Of a stretch of 64,000 nt of DNA, positions 37,522-52,371 are shown one piece after another. The notes under the pieces were generated by a model, which saw only the letters and a list, made by a program, of their open reading frames with translations, did no database searches and was not told the origin of the DNA. This DNA is from Octopus sinensis (Eukaryota), in the NCBI RefSeq assembly GCF_006345805.1, contig NC_043006.1, positions 52,328,001 through 52,392,000 of the forward strand, read 5' to 3'. The translations under genes and the position numbers were made by a program. Numbering within the stretch: the first letter of the stretch is position 1; every line of letters starts with the position of its first letter.

Positions 37522-37635
37522 ATATATATATACATATTCATGCATACACAAACATATAATCTCATGCAAATATACATACACGAATATATACCTATGCATA
37601 AAGACACACATGTGTCTAAAAATAAATTATATAGA

Positions 37636-37666
<31 letters not shown>

Positions 37667-38953
37667 CGAGTGTTCGGTTTGTAAGGAATCCGAGACAGAA
37701 TACTTACAGAAGTTATTGTAGCAAGAAAAGCGCAGAGCAGGAATCTACTGGTTGATTGAAAATTGTCTAATTAAGAATTGTCGTATGAGCTTTTAGATAC
37801 ATAGTGTATTTATAATGTGTATCACCTGTCCATTCGTCCCTGCGTTTTTTAAAAATTGCTTCACATGTACATAAAGCGTTAATGCAAATATCGTTAGTTC
37901 CTTTCTACACTGTTCAGGCTGAGAATTATATTTACCCATTCCTATTCTAATGAATTTAGTAATGAAAAAGATGTCTGGTACTTAAAAAGTACCCAAACTG
38001 ACACACGTAGAATCATATAAAAATACAAAACAAGTCATCTTGATATAGTTTTGAACTTGAATCCTGGAATCTCGCTAGTTTTATTTTTATGGATAAACAT
38101 GTACTTACCGATAACTCCTGTTTTAGTCTCACCATAACGACACAATGTCGAAGTATCATCAGGTCTAGCACAAACATGAAGAGTCGTTTGACATTGTTGA
38201 CTTCCGAAATTGGAACATTTGCGTCCATTAGCCAGTAAACGGTTGTAATTTTCAAACTTGATAAACTTCACATCAATTACATAGTCGGCTACAATTGGCT
38301 GTAAAATATCAGTAAGAACACTTTATGAAATATGTTTCTATAGCATTTACGATTTATATTTCTGACTTCTTCTCTTTATATGCAGTATGTCTATGGGCAG
38401 ATAAACATTTTTTGATAGCATTTCATCTGAAACTGAGTACCTATTCTATCCCACCCACTTTGCTAAACCGTTAAGTTACGAAACATAAACAACCATAACT
38501 AATTCAAAATCACGAGAGTCGAAGACAAACACAAAGTAATGCATTTATGGCAGCCTTATACCCAATTTCTGTTCACCATATTCACTCAGAAGGGTTCAGT
38601 CGATTCGGAACTATAGCAGAATATTTTCCCCCAACGTGCTGTAAAGTTAAACTGAAGTCGAAACTAAATGCTTGTGAAGCGGTCTTCGTAACCTCAAAGC
38701 TATACCTGCACTTCTTTATATATAATAAGCTAGTAGACAGATACAACGGAATCAACGAGGTCAGTTTCAGCCCATTGGTGAGGATATTTAAGCTCTGTGT
38801 ATGTATGTATGTATGTATGTATGTATGTATGTATGTATGTATGTATGTATGTAGTATGTATGTATGTACGTACGTATGTATGTATGTAGATATTATGTAT
38901 GTACGTATGTGTATGTATATATATATATGTGTGTGTATGAATACATACATATA

Positions 38954-39004
<51 letters not shown>

Positions 39005-40423
39005 ATTCATGCATACACATACATGCAATCTCATGCAAATATACATGCACGCATACATATGTATGCATAAAGACACACATGTGTTTAAAAATGAATTATA
39101 CAGAATCTGTGTGTGTGTGTGTGTGTGTGTGCACGAGTGTTCGGTTTGTAAGGAATCCGAGACAGAATACTTACAGAAGTTATTGTAGCAAGAAAAGCGC
39201 AGAGCAGGAATCTACTGGTTGATTGAAAATTGTCTAATTAAGAATTGTCGTATGAGCTTTTAGATACATAGTGTATTTATAATGTGTATCACCTGTCCAT
39301 TCGTCCCTGCGTTTTTTAAAAATTGCTTCACATGTACATAAAGCGTTAATGCAAAAATCGTTTGTTCCTTTCTACACTGTTCAGGCTGAGAATTATATTT
39401 ACCCATTCCTATTCTAATGAATTGAGTAAAGAAAAAGATGTCTGTTACTTAAAAAGTACGCAAACTGACATACGTAGAATCATATAAAAATACAAAACAA
39501 GTCATCTTGATATAGTTTTGAACTTGAATCCTGGAATCTCGCTAGTTTTATTTTTATGGATAAACATGTACTTACCGATAACTCCTGTTTTAGTCTCGCC
39601 ATAACGACACAATGTCGAAGTATCATCAGGTCTAGCACAAACATGAAGAGTCGTTTGACATTGTTGAGTTCCGAAATTGGAACATTTGCGTCCATTAGCC
39701 AGTAAACGGTTGTAATTTTCAAACTCGATCAACTTCACATCAATTACATAGTCGGCTACAATTGGCTGTAAAATATCAGCAAGAACACTTTATGAAATAT
39801 GTTTCTATAGCATTTACGATTTATATTTCTGACTTCTTCTCTTTATAGGCAGTATGTCTATGGGCAGATAAACATTTTTTGATAGCATTTCATCTGAAAC
39901 TGAGTACCTATTCTATCCCACCCACTTTGCTAAACCGTTAAGTTGCGAAACATAAACAACCATCACTAATTCAAAATCACGAGAGTCGAAGACAAACACA
40001 AAGTAATGCATTTATGGCAGCCTTATACCCAATTTCTGTTCACCATATTCACTCAGAAGGGTTCAGTCGATTCGGAACTATAGCAGAATATTTTCCCCCA
40101 ACGTGCTGTAAAGTTAAACTGAAGTCGAAACTAAATGCTTGTGAAGCGGTCTTCGTAACCTCAAAGCTATACCTGCACTTCTTTATATATAATAAGCTAG
40201 TAGACAGATACAACGGAATCAACGAGGTCAGTTTCAGCCCATTGGTGAGGATATTTAAGCTCTGTGTATGTATGTATGTATGTATGTATGTATGTATGTA
40301 TGTATGTGTATGTATGTATGTATGTATGTATGTATGTACGTACGTATGTATGTAGATATTATGTATGTACGTATGTGTATGTATATATATATATGTGTGT
40401 GTATGAATACATACATATATAAT

Positions 40424-40479
<56 letters not shown>

Positions 40480-40740
40480 ATTCATGCATACACATACATG
40501 CAATCTCATGCAAATATACATGCACGCATACATATGTATGCATAAAGACACACATGTGTTTAAAAATGAATTATACAGAATCTGTGTGTGTGTACGTGCG
40601 TGCGTGCGTGCGCGCGCAGATATATGTTTTCGTGCGTGCGCGCGAGTGTTCGGTTTGTAGGGAATCTAAAACAGAATACTTACAGAAATTAAGGTAGCAA
40701 GAAAAGCGCAGAGCAGGAATCTATCGGTTAATTGAAGCAT
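26231..40740 (-). CDS. Second copy of gene A exons 1-6 (probable alternate haplotype)
   Basis: E1 40684-40740; E2 39576-39765 (F>L variant) and 38109-38298; E3 31283-31365 (single copy); E4 28935-29102; E5 27670-27814; E6 26231-26341 with a canonical GT donor. About 99% identical to copy 1. Confidence 0.85.
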
Positions 40741-42091
40741 GCTGATTGCCTTATTAAGAATTGTCTTATGAGCTTTTAGATATACAGTGTATGTATAATG
40801 TATATCACTAGTCCCCTCGTCCTTGCAAAGGCGACGCTAGTCGACGTATTGAACTCACAGAGAGCTCCGGTGTGAAAAGAACGCACTGAATTCTCTGAAT
40901 ATGTCCGGTGAACAAACAAGGCAATTCTGGTAGGCAACGCGAGAAAGCCCAGTATTTATAGGATATGGTCAGTGGGAATAATAGCGTATGCCAAAGTTTA
41001 CACAAAGTTGTCCGGGTTTGAATGTTGCGCCAGATGACCAATGAAAATGGATCTGTAGATATTTGTTTTTCTAATCGTACCAATCAAAGCATCATTATAG
41101 GTAAGAATAAGGAAAAGGAAACGATGGAGAGAAAAAAAGGGGATAAAGAGGAAAAGAATACCAGCACTAAAGGCGAGTGTGACAACGATGACAGCAAGAA
41201 TAAAAAGAATCACGTATGAAGGTGTGGAAAGGAAATGACTGAAAAGAAATTTTTCTGTCGTAAAGTCTAGTAACAAAGTAATTTGAAAATGTGTAGGAGT
41301 TTTATAGTTTTAATGTAAACAAAATGAACAAAACCTTTTAAAGCAAATTTTATGACGAAAAGATAAATAAAAATTAGACATACAATTATACGATATCTAT
41401 TTTGGTTTTTGTTGCTGTTGCTGAAAAGTTTACTACGGAAAATTTGGATTCAAAGAACAATGGACAACATTTAGAGATGTAAATATGCAAGTGACGAAGC
41501 ATTTCGACAGTTAAAACAGCACAAGAACTGGGCAGCAGATGGAACATTTAATTACTGCTCTAGTATATTTTTCCAGTTATATATACTTCACATTCAAATT
41601 GATATTATTAATTTCCCACGATTGTTTGCATTACTCTCTGACAAATGTCAAGACACATATAATAGACTTTTTGCCAAAATAAATGAATTACTGCAGAATG
41701 AGGGACCTGATAATATAATTATGGATTTCGAAAAAGCTGCCCATAACGGATTTCTGGAATAGTTTCCAGGGTCGAATTTGGCATGCTGCTTGATTCATTT
41801 AGAAGACAATGCGTACAAGTCTGTTGTGCAAGAAGGACCAAAATGCAGATATCACGAAGACAGTTTTAGTCTAAAAATGCGGTGCTCTTTTGCCCTTGGC
41901 TTCCTGCCAGTTGATGATGTTGTAGATGGATATAAACAACTTGCAGATGATGATGATATTCCACAGTCAATTGTATCCTATTCTGAAAACAATTATATAG
42001 GACCACCTAGAGCAGTGATTCCTAACCTGGGGTCTGCAGACCCCTGGAGGTTCGCAAAGGTAGTACTGGGTGTCCGTGAACTAAATTTAAA

Positions 42092-42122
<31 letters not shown>

Positions 42123-42702
42123 GTATACACAAAAGGATATGCATGTTAAAAGGGGTCCGTGGGAAAACTTATTTAAACAATAAGTTTGGGAGCTGCTGTT
42201 GGGAACCACTGATCTAGAGAGAAAGAGGATAGAGGAGGCGACGCCTTGAACTTTTATTTCCATTATCCATGTGGAATGTTTGGGATCGATGTATGCCGGG
42301 GATTGCTGATACTACAAATAGTTTAGAAGTGTACCACACCGCGCTGAAAACACAGTGAATATTAATCATTGAAATATTTGGAAACTTATTGATGTGATTA
42401 AATGTGAGGAAAGTTTTGCCAGTACCAAATTACAGAGGTTTATGCAAGGAGAATAACCAATCTCCCACCACCACATAAAATAAAGATATAAAAAATGTCA
42501 CTGAAAAATATGATCCAAACCAAAAAATTATTTTTCTAAAAGCATTTGCAGACAATCTAAAATTTTAAGAAAAAAGAAATATGTAATACAGTAACGAATT
42601 GACTGATGACGAATTGACATGGGGATGAATTGACCAACGACGAATTGACTGGAGACAAATTAAACGACGACAAATTGTCGTCGACGAATTGACCGGACAC
42701 CC

Positions 42703-45574
42703 TACAAACACACAAACGCCAACAATGCAAATCGCAATCAACACAAACAATTTGGAGCTGATGCAATACATTTGGTCTCACACTGACTTAAGAGAAAACA
42801 GTTTTAAAACAAACACCCACGCACAAAACCACCACAACACATAAAAATAGTATACGGCAGGAAACACACATAATTTAGTGAAATCTCTGTATCCTAATGC
42901 AGTAGAGAGATTTCAAAAACACTTGTCTAAAAAATCTATGAAAACCTCCTCATGGAAACTTTTGAAGAGGACAGTATCCAACTTTCGAACAGTAAGTACC
43001 TCTCTTCCCTTTCTTTTCTCGTTCAGTGTAAAACACAACTTTTAGGGCCATGATCAGAATAGGTAATGTAAATGTGCGTGGCTTGGGACCGCCTTGGAAA
43101 CAAGGTTATCTGCTAAATGGCATCAAGTCTCAAAATGTAGATATAGCCATCAGCGAAACCAGACTCCACAACCCGCGGGCCTTCAAGCCCATGTTCAGTT
43201 GACAATTCGAAATCTGGGATGCAAATGCCTCAAAGATCTTCTCAGACGTTTCCAAATGTCTGACAGGTACCGACTGGACTACCCGAATGTGCCAATGTGG
43301 ACATAGACCAACTTTATCGAGTCGTCGAGATTGTATTTAGATAGAGTATTTCGTAGGACAGTGGATAGGGATAGTATAGATTGTCCAAAATTTCACATAA
43401 TCAGCTAAACAGATCACAAATTCGTGACCTGTACTATCGACTTAGATAAGAATCATAGGCAGTATCCCGGATACTGGAAACTGAATGCGTGACTCCTGGC
43501 GCGACAGGCTTACAGAGACCGGATTTACGCATTAGTTAGGAGGGCGTTGACTGGAGCCATCGTCAACAACAAGTGGTGGTTTGCCCCAAAGAGGGCAAAT
43601 AAAGCAGAAACGGTTAGGTACAGCAAGGCTTTAGTAATAGATCGAAACAGAGTAAAGAGAGACCTAGTTAAGAAATTAGAAGTTCTTAGAAGTAGCAGCG
43701 TGACCAACGTGCTGGCGGCGGGGTTGACCCTTGATCAACACTTCAACGCCAACCACGAAGGTTGTCAGAGCTAGGATGCGAGCCCTAAGAAGCGAGGGAA
43801 TTAGAACCACCCGAGGGGCGCGTGTGGCGGAGGTGCAACATGACAACAAAGCTACCATTTGGTCTTTGATAGATCAACAAGGGTGCGAATTACTCGAAAC
43901 CGAAAGGAGGTGTGGGGCCTTTCACCAGGACTTTGTCCGGCTGCTCGGGACAACTGGTGGATCAGAATGCAGAACCGACTTTAGAGACTACATGTATGGT
44001 CTGCCATGACTCTCGGCAAGAGAGGCGGAATGTTGTGAAAGTTCCATTACAGCCGCTCAGTTTTGTGAGTCGAGGAGCAGTGACACTGTTAAAGAAAGTC
44101 GCAAACAAGGGGATCGTTATAGATAATTTCAGGCCCATCACTCTGCTCAACGTAGATTTGAAAACTTTGGCCAAAGTGCTAGCCGAGCGGTTGGTGTTTG
44201 TCATCGAGAAACTGGTCGACAAGGGGCAAACATGCGTCTTGGGGGCAGAACTATTCATGGTAACCTCCACCTCATGCGCTACATCATACACAGGGTAGTT
44301 ATGGAACCTGGCATAGGTAGGGTGCTGATCACTTTGGATCAATCAAAAGCCTTCGATAGTATCGACCATCGATACTTGGTGGCTGTCCTTTGGGTGGCTG
44401 ATTTCGGTCCAGTCTTCCGTGGTTGGAACGCTGCTTTATACAGCGGCAACCGCTCAGTAGTTCGAGTAAATGACCATCCATCTAAACCATTCAGACATCA
44501 TGCGTTCGGGTTGTCGGGGATGCCCCTTCTCGTCACTTTCGTATATATTGACTCTTGAGCCATTATTGTGGAAGCTGGCGACGCTGAGGGGTATCCCGCG
44601 AGAACTGGGATACGGATGGAGCGTACTGCATATGCGGACGATATCACCGTCATAGTATCAAGCCTCAGACATACTGACCTGGTCGGCGAGACACTAAAAG
44701 AATACGAATCGGTAACGGGAGCAAAAATTAACCCGAAAACTCCGGTGAGCATGCGGCTCGGCACCTATTGTATCAAGCCTATGCTCCTCCAACAGCGCTT
44801 CCATCGTGGGGCACTGGACAGACGGATCGGTTAAATTGTTCGGGTTTTGGTTCGACTCAGAACTCCAAATGGAGAACTGGGACGAGATAACGAGTAAAGT
44901 AATCACTCACACTCAGCTGTGGGCCGAGAAGAAGCTATCTCTAAAAGGTCGGGCCGAGGTGGCAAATACGTACATCGTATCCGTCATCTACTACAGTCTG
45001 ACCGCCGTGCCTTGTCTCGACTCTGCCATCACGAAACTAGAACGCATTCTCCTCATTTTTTGTGGATAGGCGATACATTTGCTGTCAACACCCGATAAGT
45101 GGTATCGTTTGAAAGGCTTAGAGACAAATACTTTCCTCTCTGGCCAACCTCTCATTAGCCTTTGAAGTATCACTTGAAAAGGGAGGTAAAAGTAGTAAGG
45201 GAAATTTTGTATAATGAAATTTTTAATGAAAGGTGGGTGAATGTAGCAAAGATGGTACACATAAATGGCGGAACCATTTTAAACATAAACCTATAAAACA
45301 AAAGGAGAGAGGGCACATTTCTCTCATATTGTTTTCCTTTTTTACGAGGTTACCGAGGTTTTTTCGGAGGTTTTTCTCTCCACGGATAACTCTAGTCAGT
45401 GTTATATTTTCTCCCCTTTTTGGGGAATATAAATAGTTAAAAACGAAACCTTGTTATCTACATGTGTTCGCGCTCCAAAACGTTTTTCAATCCCTACTGA
45501 GCTGTTTCGAAAATAAAAAATTCTACATTGTATTGTTCCATCTGTTTTCGGTCCTGTGTGGCTAAATAAAGAAA
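42703..45574 (+). mobile_element. Older, deleted Tx1/L1-clade non-LTR retrotransposon
   Basis: ORF1 tail remnant, ORF2 start MIRIGNVNVRGLG at 43051, RT motifs (RPITLLNVD, LDQSKAFD, YADD) broken by stops and frameshifts. The 3' end ...gtgtggctaaataaagaa is followed by a TCTG/TATC tract. Its 5' part also occurs at 24557-25458. Confidence 0.88.
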
Positions 45575-45617
45575 TCTAAATTGCCGTCTGTCTGACTGTC
45601 CTATCTACCTCTCTGTT

Positions 45618-45620
45618 TGT

Positions 45621-45714
<94 letters not shown>
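45618..45714. repeat. (ATCT)n microsatellite between the two Tx1 elements
   Basis: About 24 perfect units. Confidence 0.97.
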
Positions 45715-46926
45715 GCACCGCAGGAAAAAATTGAAAAATGTCTTCGTCCTGCATGGGACTCCAAGGAATATATCAGTTGGGGAAACAAATTTGGTACAGT
45801 CGAAGTACGTTTCCTCAACGAAAATTTAGCAAAACGTTTTTCCACATTGGAGCTGCATTCGGACGACTTGGTAATGATACCAGTCTATTTAAACAAAAGG
45901 GTCACGAAAGTCCAAATAAATGTACCACTTGAAGTCGAAACACAATGGTTAGTCTCTGCCATCTGCTTTGAAATGACAGAGACAATGTCAGAGACAAACA
46001 TCCTTGAAATCGCTGTTCTAGGAGAGAAAGACTATGTGGGAAAATCAATCGAATTCCTTCTTCAATTGGATGAAGCAGCAAGAGAGAAGATACCCACCAC
46101 TATAGAACTGCCAGGAGGCTACAAACTCTATGTAGTGGTAGAGGGCAGGCGACCACGCTGCTATTTGTGTGGAAGCGAAACACACTTGAAAAAGACGTAC
46201 CCAACCACTGCACACCAAGAGCAACAACAACAACCACTACCACAACCAAAGCACTCCGGAAAAAAAGCTCTACTACCCACACCACCATCAACACAGAAGA
46301 CGACAAGAGAAGCACACCAAGCTAATCCGTCATCAACCAAAAACCACTCAGCACCTGAAAAAATACCAACACCACCAACAACAGCAAGAACCAAAGGAAC
46401 AGAAAAACAAAGAAAACACACAAAAACTGATCCCCCATCCCTTATACCGCACTCAACACACACAAACACTCAACAACCAACAACAACGAAAACAACACAA
46501 CCACTTACACAGACATACATAGAAGCCTACAACATACCCCTACCCCCTACTGATTCCTCAGAAATTTCGTCGGAAGACGAAACCAGTGAGGAATGGCAAA
46601 TAGCTACAAAAAGAAGGAAAATAAAGAGCAGAAACACAACCAAACCAAATGCAAACACGAACAAAGCAGGGGGAAATACATCTCCCGAAGACATTTCAAA
46701 ACCCAACACAAACAACAGCCACACCAACACCACAAAAATATATACAGCAAACATGCTCACAGCTATAGACACCAAAAACACAAATTTGATGGAATACATC
46801 CAATCAAAAACAAACATAACAGAAGATGACATAAAAACAATCACCCATACACAACACCACCAGACCACATCAAAATATTATACATCTCCAAAAGTCTGCA
46901 CCACACACTCAAAGTGCGGTTGGTAA
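45715..46926 (+). CDS. Tx1 ORF1 (gag-like; RRM-like region, degenerate zinc knuckle, Thr/Pro/Lys-rich tail), 5'-truncated
   Basis: The frame is open from the microsatellite junction with no ATG at the start (…GTVEVRFLNENLAKRF…). CYLCGSETHLKKTY is a CX2CX4HX4C knuckle with the last C changed to Y. Confidence 0.75.
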   Translation, partial: APQEKIEKCLRPAWDSKEYISWGNKFGTVEVRFLNENLAKRFSTLELHSDDLVMIPVYLNKRVTKVQINVPLEVETQWLVSAICFEMTETMSETNILEIAVLGEKDYVGKSIEFLLQLDEAAREKIPTTIELPGGYKLYVVVEGRRPRCYLCGSETHLKKTYPTTAHQEQQQQPLPQPKHSGKKALLPTPPSTQKTTREAHQANPSSTKNHSAPEKIPTPPTTARTKGTEKQRKHTKTDPPSLIPHSTHTNTQQPTTTKTTQPLTQTYIEAYNIPLPPTDSSEISSEDETSEEWQIATKRRKIKSRNTTKPNANTNKAGGNTSPEDISKPNTNNSHTNTTKIYTANMLTAIDTKNTNLMEYIQSKTNITEDDIKTITHTQHHQTTSKYYTSPKVCTTHSKCGW

Positions 46927-47058
46927 ATGCCAAAAATATCTCACAAAGAAACTGTACTGGGATCTCCTCGAGGACAAACCAAAGGAGGAGAAAGCAAAAA
47001 CTTTCGAGCAGTAAGTAACCCTCTGTTCCTTTCACTTGTATTCTAATTCATTAGGATT

Positions 47059-50000
47059 ATGATCAAGATTGGTTGTGTAAATGCGCGTGGCTTGGGGTCC
47101 CCTTGGAAACAAGGGTACTTCTTAAATGACATAAAGTCACATAAGTTAGAAATCATAGCCATAAGTGAGACCAGACTCCACAATCCGCGGGCCCTAAAGA
47201 CCATGTTTGGCGGACAGTTTAACATTTATTTTTCCCCCTGTTTCCCGAGAATGGGCGGTAGTGGCATCGCGGTACTTTTTCGCAAGAGTCTGGATCTCAA
47301 AGTAAGGACAATATTCGTAGACCCGGAGGGTAGACTGGTCGTCCTGGATGTCAACAGCAGCAATGGGTGCGCTTTTCGACTCGTATCAGTCTCCGCACCG
47401 CCCTTAACAGGTCGGGCGGATTTCTTTCAACGTCTAGAAGTATTCTTGGGAACGTCTCGTCCTTTACTCTTAGTGGGGGATTGGAATGCTACCTTGGACA
47501 CGCATGTAGACTACGTGGGTAGAGATAGGAATAGACGGGGATGCAAATGCCTCAGAGACCTGCTCAGACGCTTTCAACTGTCTGACAGGTTCCGACTAGA
47601 CCACCCGAATGCGCCAACGTGGACATGGAGCAACCGCATCGGGTCGTCGAGATCGTATCTAGATAGGATACTGTGTAGGACAGTAGACAGAGATAGCATA
47701 GGATGTCCACAATTCCACATAGTCAGCTACACGGATCACAAACTTGTGACATGTACGCTAGACTTAGGTAAGACACTTAGGCAGGGTCCCGGATACTGGA
47801 AACTAAACGCGTCTTTCCCATCGAGACAGGTTTTCAGAGACCGGATTAGCACACTAGTAAAGAGGGCTTTGACGGGAGCCATCATCAACAACAAATGGTG
47901 GTTTGCCCTCAAGAAAGCAGTAAAAGCAGAAGCGATTAAGTACAACAAAGCACTATCCATAGATAGAAATAGAGTAGAGGGTGAGCTAGTTAAGAAGCTA
48001 GAAGAGGCAATTAGAAGCGGCATCGCATCCGACGTTTTGGCGGCGAGGATGTGCTGTCAGAGCTAGGATGCGTGCTCTAAGGAACGAAGGTGTTGGAGCC
48101 GCGAGAGAGGCCCGGGTGGCAGAGGCGCAACAGGGCAACAAAGCCACCATTCGGTCCCTGGTAGATGAACAGGGGCGCGAATTGCTCGAGCCAAGTAAAA
48201 TGTGTGAGGCCTTTCAGCAGCATTTTGCCCGACTGTTCGGGACGAGTGGAGGGCAAGAACGTAGGGTGGACTTCAGTGCCTACCTACATAGCCTACCACG
48301 ACTCTCGACAAGAAAGGCAGGGTGCTGCGAAGGTGCCATCACGGCGGCGGAAGTGCAGGACGCGATGGCAAAATGCTCGAGGGACAAATCACCGGGTTTG
48401 GATGGTCTACCCTACGAGCTTTACAATTGTATGCCAGACTTGTTTGGAGATCTCTTGGCGGCGGTGTACTGCAACTGGCAGCAAAACGGGAGCATTCCTG
48501 GTTTTGTGAGCTGAGGAGCCGTAACACTGCTGAAGAAAGACCTAAACAAGGGAAATGTAATAGATAACTTTAGGCCCATCACTCTGCTTAATGCAGACTT
48601 GAAAATTTTGGCCAAGGTGCTAGCCAAGAGGTTGGCGCTTGTCATCGAGAAACTGATCGACAAGGCGCAAACATGCGCCGTGCCGGGCCGGACCATCCAT
48701 GACAACCTCCACCTGATGCGCTACATCATAGACAGGGTAGTTAACGAACCTGGCATGGGTGGGGCGCTGATCAATTTGGATCAATCGAAAGCTTTCGATA
48801 GGGTAGACCATCGGTACTTGGAGGCGGTCCTCAGAGCGGCTGGCTTCGGTCCGTCTTCCGCGGCTGCATAGCCGCTTTGTACAGAGGCATCCGTTCGGTA
48901 ATTCGCGTGAATGGACATCTATCGAGACCCTTCGACATCGCACGTTCGGTCCGTCAGGGATGCCCCCTCTCGTCGCTTCTATACGTATTGACTCTCGAGC
49001 CATTATTGCGGAAGCTGGCAACTTTGAGGGGAATTCCGCGAGAACTGGGATGTGGGCCGAGCGTGTCTGCATACGCGGACGACGTCACCGTCATAGTGTC
49101 TAGCCACGAGCACATCGAGCAGGTAGGCGAGACACTGAAAAACTACGAAGCGGTGACAGGAGCGAAAATCAACCGGGAAAAGTCAGTGGGCTTGCGACTA
49201 GGCACCTGGAGAAGCAAGCCCATGTTGTCCACCAGCGCCTCCGTCGTGGGACGCTGGACCGACGGCCCGGTTGAGTTGCTCGGGGTCTGGTTTGGTCCGG
49301 ACCTCCAAGTGGAGAAGAACTGGAACGAGATAACGAGTAGGGTGGTCACTCTCGCCCGGCAATGGGCCGAGAGGAAACTGTCCCTAAAAGGTCGGACGGA
49401 GGTGGCGGACACGTACATCGCGTCCGTCATCTACTACCGCCTGACCGTCGTACCTTGTCCCGACCCTACCATCACCAAACTACAACGCATTCTCTTTCGC
49501 TTCTTGTGGAAAGGATGCGTCCCGATGGTCAGGCGATCCATTTGCTGTCAACACCCGTTAAAAGGAGGGCTGGGCATGCCGTGGTTGATGATGCGCAGAC
49601 ACGCGCTGAGACTGCGACATCTCTGGCTCTATGTAGACGACGGTGAACAGGTGTGGTCGCCGTTTGTGAGGCACGCTTTCCCGCAGCTCGTCTCCATGAC
49701 CGAACTGCAGTCGTGGATCAAAAGGAGGCCGAGGAAGGGCGAATGGCACCGCGAGTGTCGCGTTGCTCTCAAGCAACTCTGCCGTCCTGGGTCGACCTTG
49801 AGTGACTTCAACACAACCAAAGCATTCTATAGGGGATTAGTGGAGGGGAGGTACGACGACGAGCTCGGGGAGAACCTGGCCTGGCAGTGCTACCGAGAAG
49901 CGCTACCCGTTCAGGAGAAGCTCTACAGACACGGCTCGAGAAACACGGGGCCGACCTGCCCGAGATGCGGTCAGAGCGACGAAACCGTTCTGCACGCACT

Positions 50001-50460
50001 CGTGCAGTGTCCAACAATTTCCGACCTGTGGGCTTATGTCGAACAACTGCTGTCACGTGTGGGACGAAACCGTTCTGCACGCAATCGTGCAGTGTTCAAC
50101 AATCCCGACCTGTGGGCTTATGTCGAACAACTGCTGTCACGTGTGGGACGTGTCGGTTTATCAGCCGAGTCTATCGTTAATATCGTCACGCCTCCTTCCT
50201 TCAAACGAGAAGGAAGAGCTATTTTTATCATACTTGTGGCTATGGCGAAAGAATGTATCTGGTGGACGCGCCTAAAAGGATTAGAGACAAACACTTTCCT
50301 CTCTGGTCAATCTCTCATCAACTTCTTCAAGTATCACTTGAACAGGAAAGTGAGAGTAGAGAGGCAAGTTTTGTCTAGTGAATGTTTTAAAAAAAGATGG
50401 GTGAATGTAGCAAGGATGGCACGTATGAATGACGAAGCCACCTTGACTATGATCCTATGA
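47059..50460 (+). pseudogene. Tx1 ORF2 (endonuclease + reverse transcriptase + zinc finger), disrupted
   Basis: MIKIGCVNARGL, ISETR, GDWNA, SYLDRI, TDHK (APE); PGLDG, RPITLLNAD, LDQSKAFD, RQGCPLS, YADD (RT); CPRCGQSDETVLHALVQC. Lesions: frameshifting deletion near 48050, TGA at 48512-48514, frameshift near 48855. Confidence 0.92.
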
Positions 50461-50797
50461 ACCGTAAAAATTAATACAGAGAGTTGCTTATTTGTAAAAA
50501 AATATAACATGTGACGAGGTTACCGTGGCTTTTCCGTAGGCTTTTCTTTCCACGGGTAAACCACACCTGTCCTCCCCTTTACACTTTATATTGACATTTC
50601 TGTGATAACGATCCCTATTGATCGATTTTTTTCTTTTCCTTTTATTTTTTATCCCACCCCCTTTTTTTTGTCCTCTTTCTTTCCTTTTACGATCCCTTTT
50701 GATCGAATACCAAACCTCCTTTTTTATCCCAAAAGAAAAGCTCTACCTTGTAATTTGTCCTGTCTGTGTGCAGCCCTGTGTGGCTAATAAAGAAACA

Positions 50798-51060
<263 letters not shown>

Positions 51061-51324
51061 GTGTCAGTCAGCCTATCTCTCTCTCTCTCTGTCTATGCAT
51101 CTACCTGCCTATGTTTTTTTTTTAACTCGATCTCTTTCCCAATACACAATTAAAATAAATGACTCAGACCCTGTCCACTTCAATTGTTTCCTCTCAATCA
51201 TTTCAGATTTTCATACCATTTGAGAACTCATTCCTTTAATCGATTGTTTGTCCTGAATGAAGAGCGTGGAAATTCACAAATCAACTGACACAGCAGATGC
51301 GTTCAGTCACTGTTTAGCTTGCTC

Positions 51325-51331
51325 TCACCGA

Positions 51332-51402
<71 letters not shown>
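51325..51402. repeat. (CA)n microsatellite
   Basis: Directly visible. Confidence 0.95.
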
Positions 51403-51407
<5 letters not shown>

Positions 51408-52371
51408 TCCCTCTCTCTGTCACTCTTTCCTTATGAATGTATATATGTATGTCTCTTCTATTCTTTAATTTTTATAAATATTCCACTGAGGAGGGAGCCA
51501 GATTCCAACATTTTTGGTATATAGTTAACACGTATGTATGTTCTATTAAAAGATGTAAATTTATCACAAATAGAAAGAAAATGAATTGTTGTACTTAACT
51601 TGTTTTAAAGGAAATTTATAAATAGTTTTCGTTTTCAACAGGATGGGTGGTGCACAATGAGGGATTTTTACTGCATGATTGACTTTAAGAAGACGTATTT
51701 TTTACAACTGTTCACAACCTTGCAAAAACAATATCAGCTAAGCAAATGATCTTCCCAAAATGCATTAAAAGCATCATAAAATAATATGACCAAAATTTCA
51801 GAAAATTATCACCGTTCTCTTTGAGCACATCATAGATAAATTTAGCTGGGGCAAAATGAGTAACCCAAGTTCAAGTAAACGTGCCTCTTCAGTTCTCCAG
51901 AATTACATTTGAAAACAAACTCATACACATCAATATCCTAATTTAGACATCAGGAAGATCAAAAATGCAGCAAATATTTAAGATATCTATGTTAAATGAA
52001 GGAGGATCACGGAAAAATGACACATGGTACGAAATTTCCGAAACTCGAATATATCAACAAAATCAACGCAAAATATTATAGTTTCTTCACGAACTTCTGG
52101 AGTGGCTCTCTTACTGATATATTTCCGTACCGTGCAGTTAAAGAGAAGACACTTTTGAAATTATTCATGATTCATTTTAAACCATCTTAAACATCAGTTT
52201 TTGAAAATTGAAAATTACTTAATTAAGACAGTGTTAGAAAACAGTTGACTTGCAATACAACAGAGGGAAGGATATTGATTGTTAAAGTCCAAATATTATC
52301 CAGATATTTATTAGCAACCTCAATTACAATCAGGAAAAATTATTTAAAAAACATGTACCAGTCACCTGACT

